Shown in pieces: positions 55,959-64,000 of a stretch of 64,000 nt of DNA. Position 1 is the first letter of the stretch. The number at the start of each line of letters is the position of its first letter. A model generated the notes under the pieces. That model saw only the letters and a list, made by a program, of their open reading frames with translations, was not told the DNA's origin and did no database searches. The DNA comes from Octopus vulgaris (Eukaryota), in contig OX597826.1 of NCBI GenBank assembly GCA_951406725.2, positions 34,472,001 through 34,536,000 of the forward strand. Reading direction: 5' to 3'. The position numbers and the translations under genes are program-made.

Positions 55959-56910
55959 CGTGGTTAGAATCAGAGAAGATGCAGAGTTTATTTTAAAAAT
56001 TTAATGTATATGTGAATTTTGATTTTATAACTTTTTTTAAATAAAAAAATACTTTTTATGATTTTAATGTAGTTATTTTAATGCACGAGAGGATAATGGA
56101 ACGTTCCTGGCTTCGGGTAAAAGAAAAATACAGGAGGATGAGTTAATTAGGATTTTATGCAACATATTCTCTTTTCAGATTCACACGCTTATTGCTTATT
56201 GCTGCGGGCATTCAGCTTTTCTAACCCCTGTAAAAAAACTCGGAATGTGGGGCCTCAAGACAGGCCGCATCACTCCCTCGTATATGTTGCCTTTGATCAC
56301 AAATGCGCTCGATCAGATAACTTCAGAGCAAACAATAGCAACCCTTCATCGTAGTCAGGGCCAGTATGGTAAAATTGACGAGTGCTTCAAGTGTCGGTAG
56401 GTCCCTTCGAAACTGTTATTTCTCATGATATATTTTTTCCTTTTTTTTTTTTGCATACATGTGTAACCTTTAATAGTATTTAGAAAGATTAAGCTAATCC
56501 ACCATTGAACATGTAATGTAGAAGAATATAAGATGTCGTTCTTGGCTTTCGTGACATAATTAGCAAGAACTTATAGAATTCGTATGAAATCTTACTTTCA
56601 TATATATATATTTATTATGAACAACATAAAATTTTAGCATTGTAGCCAGAACATGTTTTCCACATGTTGTTGCGATATATATCGGCTATAGAGTCACTAC
56701 TAATGGCCCTGTCTTTTCACATCCTCAGTTTCATCCATTCTGTACTTATATAGATGTATATATATATAAGTAGTTGAATGAATTATCTTAGTATGGATAA
56801 TTCGGTTAACCGATACCTGGGTAGCAAATTCACGTCAGAAAAACACGGTTGAAGCTACTTGCCAAGTGTAGAGTATCACGTGTGTGTGTTTGTGTGTTTT
56901 TTTAATACGA

Positions 56911-57111
56911 ATAAATGAAAGAATAGAGTTGAACGACGATTTAACAAAATTCCTTTATTCTCGACATATGTGTCGAAGGCTGCATATTCCTAATTTCGAA
57001 GGAATAAGGGGTGCATTATGCCGCCTTCTCATCAGGCAAAACAAGGACAGCCTTCGAAACATATGTCGAGAATTTTGTTAAATCGTCGTTCAACTCCATT
57101 CTTTCATTTAT
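56911..57111. mobile_element. 200-bp foldback element with hammerhead (56958-57040 minus)
   Basis: Arms 56911-56982 / 57048-57111. Minus strand CTGATGA-GAAGGC...GCCTTC-GACA-CATATG-TC; right arm on plus has GCCTTC-GAAA-CATATG-TC. Confidence 0.8.
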
Positions 57112-57124
57112 ATATATATATATA

Positions 57125-57399
57125 TACACATATGAGAGAGAATCTAGTAAAGTGGACGCCCTTACGCTAACCACTAAAAATTTTTCTCAAGAAAAACTTA
57201 GCACACTATCAACGTAAGCGCGCAGGACAAATGAAAAATAACAAAAATATAGATTAACCCCATACAATTGTTTCACTGTTTATAAATTATGCAATTTTAC
57301 ATACACAAGTAAGTAAAATTGGTAAGTTTTTCTTGAGAACAAATTTTTAGTGGTTAGTGTAAGGGTGTCCACTTTACTGGATTCTCTCTCATATGTGTA
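57125..57399. repeat. Foldback inverted repeat (about 76-bp arms)
   Basis: tacacatatgagagagaatc...ctcaagaaaaactta vs taagtttttcttgag...gattctctctcatatgtgta. Confidence 0.85.
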
Positions 57400-57497
57400 T
57401 TAATAATATTTACTGAATCTCAGTTTTTTATGCGCTAAACCACTGGTGTTAAATTGATGTTATTAAATTGATATGCAATTTTTTCACCCTCATTTTG

Positions 57498-57536
<39 letters not shown>

Positions 57537-57639
57537 CAAAGATCATCTCTCAAACATTCATCTCTCTTCAACTTAAGACATAAATGAAAGATGTAAATAA
57601 AAAAACTAAACGCATTTAACTGATATAATGTTTCATCCA

Positions 57640-57781
57640 ATTGCTGACGCTGATAAATGTTTTGAGTTGGGACATCGACGTTGCTTGATATACACACACG
57701 CGTCTTCGTAATTGCTGACGCTGATAAATGTTTTGAGTTGGGACATCGAAGTTGCTTGATATACACACACGCGTCTTCGTA
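57640..57781. repeat. 71-bp tandem duplication
   Basis: 57640-57710 and 57711-57781 differ at one position (gacatcgaC/Agttg). Confidence 0.95.
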
Positions 57782-58400
57782 CAAAAAAACAGGAAGCAAA
57801 TCAGTGGTGGCTCTAGCATTTTAGAAACTCCCTTGAGATAACTTTAAATATAGATTTAATAGCAATACCAACACAAGTGTGGCACAGTATTGACATTGTC
57901 GTATACTGTGTTTGCGCAACGAAATACGGTGTCCTTACAAGCTATTAAAAATTATGTGTGCGTGTGATGTAGTAGTAGTAGTAGTAGTAGTAGTAGTTAC
58001 AGCAGCAGCAGTAGTTACAGCAGCAGCAGTAGTTGTAGCAGCAGCAGCAAATTGTTCGTTTTTCATTAGCATATTTGTATTTTCCCGATATTTGCCTTCT
58101 TACGTGACAGTCAAACTACCTTAAAGGAAAAGCTAAATAGATCTCTTAATCCATAAATAGATGGGCATTAGACATTTGCAAGTTAGAACCTTTTTTTCTG
58201 TCTATGCTTCAAATGTACTTTAAGAGTAAGGTTGACTGTTTCAACCAGTATAATATACCTAACACCCTCCCTCCCTCCCTACCTACCTACCTACCTACCT
58301 ACCTACCTATACATACATACGTACATACATACAAATATTCATTAATTCGTACATATGCACATTCATTCATTGATATATACATACATACACACACACACAC

Positions 58401-58433
<33 letters not shown>

Positions 58434-58493
58434 AATCTCAGGAAAGGGAGGAACGTTACTGTTATTTAGCCCCAAAGAAACACCGTTTCTATT

Positions 58494-59166
58494 CTTTTCT
58501 GCTCTAGGCACAAAGACCGATATTTTTTTTGGGGGGGGGGTACCAGTCGATTAGATCGACCCCAGTGCACAGTTGGTACTTAATTTATCGCTCCCGAAAG
58601 GATGAAAAGCAAAGTCAACCTCGGCTGGATTTGAACTCAGAAAGACAAAATACCGCTAAGCATTTCGCCCGGTGTGCTAACGATTCTGCTAGCTCTGCCA
58701 CGCACACACATATATATATAATAGTATATATATATTTATTTCTTTATATATATGTATATATATTTCTTCATCGCCCACAGGGGGCTATACATAGAGGGGA
58801 CAATGAAGGACAGAGAAACGGATTAAGTCGATTACATCGACCCCAGTGCATAATTGGTACTAATTTAATCGACTTCGATAGGATGAAAGGCAAAGTCGAC
58901 CTCGGCAGAGATTGAACTCAGAACTTAACGGTAGACGAAATGCCTAATTCTTTACTACCCGCAAGGGGCTAAACACAGAGAGGACAGACAAACGCATTAA
59001 GTCGATCATATCGACCGCAGTGCTTAACTGGTATTATTTAATCCACCCCGAAAGAATAAAAGGCAAAAGGTTGTCCTCGGCGGAATTTGAACTCAAAACG
59101 TAACGGTAGACGATATACAGCTACGCATTTCGCCCGGCGTGCTAACGTTTCTGCCACCTCGCCGCC
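58494..59166 (-). mobile_element. Cluster of three SINE family B copies (58494-58699, 58770-58945, 58950-59166)
   Basis: Repeated acatcgacccc...ggtact...aaaggcaaagtcgacctcggc...tgaactcagaa on the minus strand. Confidence 0.88.
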
Positions 59167-59346
59167 TTCGAAACACCATTGGCTACGCGACACAAGCGTT
59201 CGTGTCCTTAAGTTTTCAAAAAGAAGAGATAAGCAACTCCACCCAGAGAAAGCCACCACTTTATATATGGACACACGCACACACACGCATATATAAGTAA
59301 TAGTATATATATATAATCATCCAGTAACACGCACTGTCAGCACACA

Positions 59347-59384
<38 letters not shown>

Positions 59385-60879
59385 TATATAGCATCAAACC
59401 AGCGCTACTAGAATTCGGAATTTTCATTGGAAACTACAAAGCTGATCTTCCGTTTGTGTTCGATGTTGTTTTACGGAAGATCACTTTCCTGTCACGTACT
59501 GGAGAAAGTTACTCACGCTCCTTGAGTTGATGGGACGTGAAGGCCTTGGACAAATAACAAATACTTTTGTTAAAATTCACAGAATGGCACCAATCCACAT
59601 GCTGAGATTCGTAATTTATTTTATTGATGGCAGAATGATGAAATGTTAATTTAACTTCAGCAGAAACGAAGCGATAATGGTAAAAACATTTCAAAAATAT
59701 CTGAAAGTATTGTCTAATGCTGTAATGATACCCCAGATTCTCCGCTTTAAAACAGAAATTTCTTATAACACTGTATCGTATTGATTCAGTGATAATATAT
59801 TTAATGCTGGGTACATACATACAATAACGAACTAGAAAACAATATTTTCATCATTAATATGTGAAAAAAGTGTGTTTGTTCCTTATTGATTAGCGTATGT
59901 TTCAAGATGCTGTTAAAGATGATACCGCTTGTTATATATCTAACTTGTAATAAATGAATTTTCTTTCTAGGTAATATTTCAGATGTTTCACTGTTAACAA
60001 ATTATATATTACTATGCTCTGTTGTCCTTCAGCAAAATCCATATATGTAGAAATAAATTGTAGTCGGGAATAATAGGTGTGAAGATGAACAGTAATATGG
60101 CAAGAATACGCTACTTTACAATAGATACCATATTTTCATTCGCACCATGGAAGACAAGTAAGCATATTTCTTAGTTCCAACTTTAGTTGCTGAATTCAAT
60201 TTTGCGATCTTAACAATAGATAGAGATATGTGAAGAAAATGTTTTCTTGGAAATTTATCGAAAGCTGAGATGAAAGTTCATATTTGAAATGTCATCTGAA
60301 ACGACAAAGCAAAATTTATAATAATAACAAGTTTTAACTCAGTTTGGGGTTTCCAAATTTATGGGAAAGTGAAACACGAAAGTAGAGGTGATACTAAATT
60401 CTAGTAAAGGATATTGGTTATTTGTACATAAGTATTACATTGTAACTGTCAAATATGATAGCAATTCTTTTGGTGTCGGTATTTCTCGTTTAAGTACAAA
60501 AGATGAGTTTTGCAAAGGAGAGGAAGGTTTTCAACTGATATATTTTTTAGTTATTTTCTTTCTGCATGATTTGACAAGCACTCAGTGTTTTAGCACTGGT
60601 AGCTAATGTGTTTTCACGTAACGTCACTCAAAGCAATAAGTGACGGAGTCTGTTTCTCTATAAAATCCTAAACTCATTTCTGAGTGCACTATTTATAGTT
60701 ACACATAAAAAGCTTCAAAATGATTTTATTGAGATGCGCAGTGAAGAGTTAATATGTTACAAAGTCGGCACTCGCAGACAATTAAACACATAACTGTTCG
60801 TGAATATTTCGTTTTTGGATTTGGTTTGCAAGATTCTTTATATGAATTCGTGTGTTGAAGCATATTCTGAGAGTCAAAA

Positions 60880-60916
60880 CTATTGAAAAGGTTGCAACGC
60901 GTAACGAAAATTGTAG
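60880..60916 (+). ncRNA. Hammerhead-like motif, U3:A8 variant, G at cleavage position (probably inactive)
   Basis: CTA-TTGAAAA-g-GTTGC(aacgc)GTAAC-GAAA-ATT-g-TAG. Confidence 0.45.
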
Positions 60917-61221
60917 GAAAATAAAAATAAGAAGTGTAAATTTTACCGGTGAGTGTGTTAAATAATAAGGCACAAAAAGAAAATGACTCTCCCAGACACA
61001 ACAGAATGTTTATGAATACATAACATTGAGAGTAACTTCAAAAACGTTAACATCGATAAATTTTCAGGGACAAAATATATTCATAACGGAAATCATTGTT
61101 GACCATAGCCGAGCCATATTTCTAGAAGAATGAAAACTTTGGCTGGGATTTTAGCATGAAAGTAAAGACAACATTATCAAGCACCTGCATAATTTCGCAT
61201 TTCAATTATGAAATGCAGAAT

Positions 61222-61830
61222 GACCTGTCGTGATGTGGGCGCCGACGGTGATGTGAACGCAACCAACACCCAAGCGTGGAAATACATCGGGTCAGCCTGA
61301 ACGGCATTCAAGCGACTCCTGTACGACCACAGATCCTCCTTCAGGATCCCAGAAAGACGATCCTTGCATCACTGGCCAACTACGTGTGGCGCCTCAAAAA
61401 TTAGGGGATCCCATACAATATCAAGTAAAAGATCTTAGCAAGGCCGGGATCCCACATCAACGGCAGTGTTCTCGAAATCCTAGGTTACTGAATACTCGCC
61501 AAGAAATCTTCAGGATTGCCCGATCGCTAAATTCAGAAGATTTCTTACGATCTAAAAGCCACCCAAGGGATAAATCTTTTGTTACCCTCTCCCGGCCCAC
61601 AGATAGCTTGTCTAAGGGAGATAACTTGTGTTCACAAATGGTGGAATATTTAACCTTTGACGACTAAATGACGATTGACCGTAACAGACATCTGCCTCCC
61701 AGAATTGAAGATTTAAATTTGCCTTCGGACTAGACTCTGGTGAGTCGTCCGCAAAGCTATAACCTTCGTGAATACGAAACCATCGGTCACTCTATGACCA
61801 GGCGCTAACTTTATTATTTTAATACTTTAC
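61222..61830 (+). mobile_element. Decayed PLE of a third lineage (GIY-YIG relic + hammerhead)
   Basis: WKYIGSA*TAFKRLLYDHRSSFR / SLANYVWRLKN*GIPYNIK*KILAR..HING / LLNTRQEIF (61277-61520), followed by a hammerhead at 61731-61794. Confidence 0.8.
61731..61794 (+). ncRNA. Type-I hammerhead relic (A6 changed to G)
   Basis: TAGAcT-CTGGTGA-gt...ac-GAAA-CC(atc)GG-TC-AcTCTA. Confidence 0.6.
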
Positions 61831-61877
61831 TGCTCTATACTTCAGAGTCTGCCTCTTTTTCGGATATATAATACATG

Positions 61878-61915
<38 letters not shown>

Positions 61916-63479
61916 TTAGGCAACCGTTTAGCAATGTATTACCAAAATGGAAGACAATAATTGTTATTAAATATGACTAAGGGTGTTAAAACACCTACAA
62001 CGCTAGAAATAAGAGCTAAAGTGCTCTAATCCTTCAATCAATGCACATAATTCTATACGTACATACTGGTAGCGTCAGTAAACTGCCGAATGTAGCAGCC
62101 GTGATAACCGTGAACCGTCAACATATACAGATATATGCAAAACCGCTTCATGATTAATCTTCGCACGGATACCCATATAAACCTCTTATACATTTGTGGA
62201 CATAACTTTCTAAGTTGCATGCAAATCCTAAGAAATATCCACTTGTCAGAATCATTCATTAAAAATTAAGTCACTGTTTTCTTTCGGTTATTGAATTGAA
62301 AATTATTTTTCTCGGCATTTAGTTCAGTCATGAATCACTTGCATGCTCGCCAATTAAAGTCTATGATTTAATAAACGAACAGTGTCATTTAAAAACAGAG
62401 AAATCAGAACCAGTGAAATGTTATCAGTGAGCGAAATATAGATTCCGATGTTTTGACGAACTGTCTAAACCGTATCATATCAAGAAATGTTAACTTCAGA
62501 GCACAAGATTCAAACACTGTGTACTAACTTGTAAATGGCGTTTATGGGTCATATGGAAACCTGAACCGTTTGATAGATTACTTTCTTCTCACTGAGCACC
62601 TCTGTATAATCATGGTAAAATTACCAGAGAAAGAATTAACATGCCGAAGTGCTGCTGTAGTACATATTCCTGGCAGTTAAGAGAAAATATTAGAGTAAAA
62701 TGAATTAGTCTTTCCACTACAATATGATATGCACTATATAACCTATATTAACACGAACAGAAGAACTGTAAAATTTATAATACAATGCTATTTCGATTAG
62801 GCGTTTAATTCTATTATAATTAAACTAACAAAATAAAACAAATCTTCTATACACACACACTCACATATACTAACACACACACACATATTGTTTCGTACTC
62901 CACGCGCTCGTTTCAAACTCCCCACTTCGTATGAATATCACCATAATATTATTCCTCCTCCTCATCATCATCATCGTCATCCTTCTTCTTCAAGTATTTG
63001 TGGTACATGAATGGCTTATATAAAAAGGTAACCAAGTTCTTGAACTATATGCATGTTCAGAACGTTCTAAGGAATTTGACCATCATAACACGAAAGAATA
63101 AACAGCAAAATAATTCTTTAAATAATATAAAAAAACATATATATAGGAAAATAAAATGATTAGAAATGAAAAATTCTCATAAATGTTAAGAAACTAGATT
63201 GTAATAAAACAGAAAAAGAATTATTTTCAGTTGAAGACAATTGAAATTACATGACTGAAGTAGAAAGTCTGCGTAATGTAAGAAAATGCTAGAAGCCTGT
63301 TTAATGAATTGATTTAGTTTGAAAGAAATAATTTCGCCTTTACTCCTTGAATCAGTATGATAATTAAAATGACAGAAAACTATAACAATGTTTATTTAAT
63401 TTTCCCTACATTGCAGTAAATGATTTGCATTGAATAATTTGAAACTAAATGAAGAGAATGAAGATTTGTACACACATAC

Positions 63480-63566
63480 ATACATCCATGCACCCATCCA
63501 TTCATCGATCGATCCATCCACCCATCCATCCATCCATCCATCCATCCATCCATCCATCCATCCATT
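63480..63566. repeat. (CCAT)n microsatellite
   Basis: Direct reading. Confidence 0.9.
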
Positions 63567-63659
63567 CATACATACATTCATACGTACACACACATACCTA
63601 AATGCATGCATACATGCATACATATATACATAAATACATAGATATACATATATACATAG

Positions 63660-63705
<46 letters not shown>

Positions 63706-64000
63706 GTACGTACGTGTGTGTAGATATAAATGTACCTGCACAAACAGTAACAATCACATAGTTAAGGGGATGATGTGCGGGAGTGTGAGCACGAATATAC
63801 ATGTGTGTTTGTGTTTGTATGTGTATGTGTGTGTCTGTGTGTGTATATGTGTGTGTAAATATAATATTTAACACACACGCGCACACGCGTACTCACTTTA
63901 TATAATTAAAAGATATAGCTGGATCAAGAGAGCGTCTAGAATCACAGTCATAATGTCGCGGTGGTGTTGGAGGACATCAATAGTAACAAGAATTTTTTAA

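Noticed and set aside
57640-57781. CRISPR-like array
   Set aside because: Only two adjacent units with no spacers, in a eukaryotic context.

Overview
AT-rich eukaryotic, repeat-dominated non-coding DNA (intergenic or a large intron). The SINE families and the extreme microsatellite load suggest an octopod cephalopod; this is an inference, not verified. I found no supportable host-gene exon, and almost all track ORFs are microsatellite artefacts. Contents: three tRNA-derived SINE families (about 20 copies), Tc1/mariner relics (one with DD37D spacing) and a MITE, a short Helitron, LINE relics, and many Penelope-like element (PLE) remnants. Three PLE remnants keep readable GIY-YIG endonuclease sequence that the ORF track largely missed (1639-1725 minus, 36561-36851 plus, 61277-61520 plus), each followed by a hammerhead ribozyme (HHR) motif. 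About 15 minimal type-I HHR motifs occur in all, with palindromic stem III and covarying 3:8 core pairs (C-G, U-A, G-C). Four short ORF-less foldback elements carry HHR sequence on both arms with both 3' ends pointing outward. All alignments and folds were done by eye; boundaries are approximate to a few bases unless stated.
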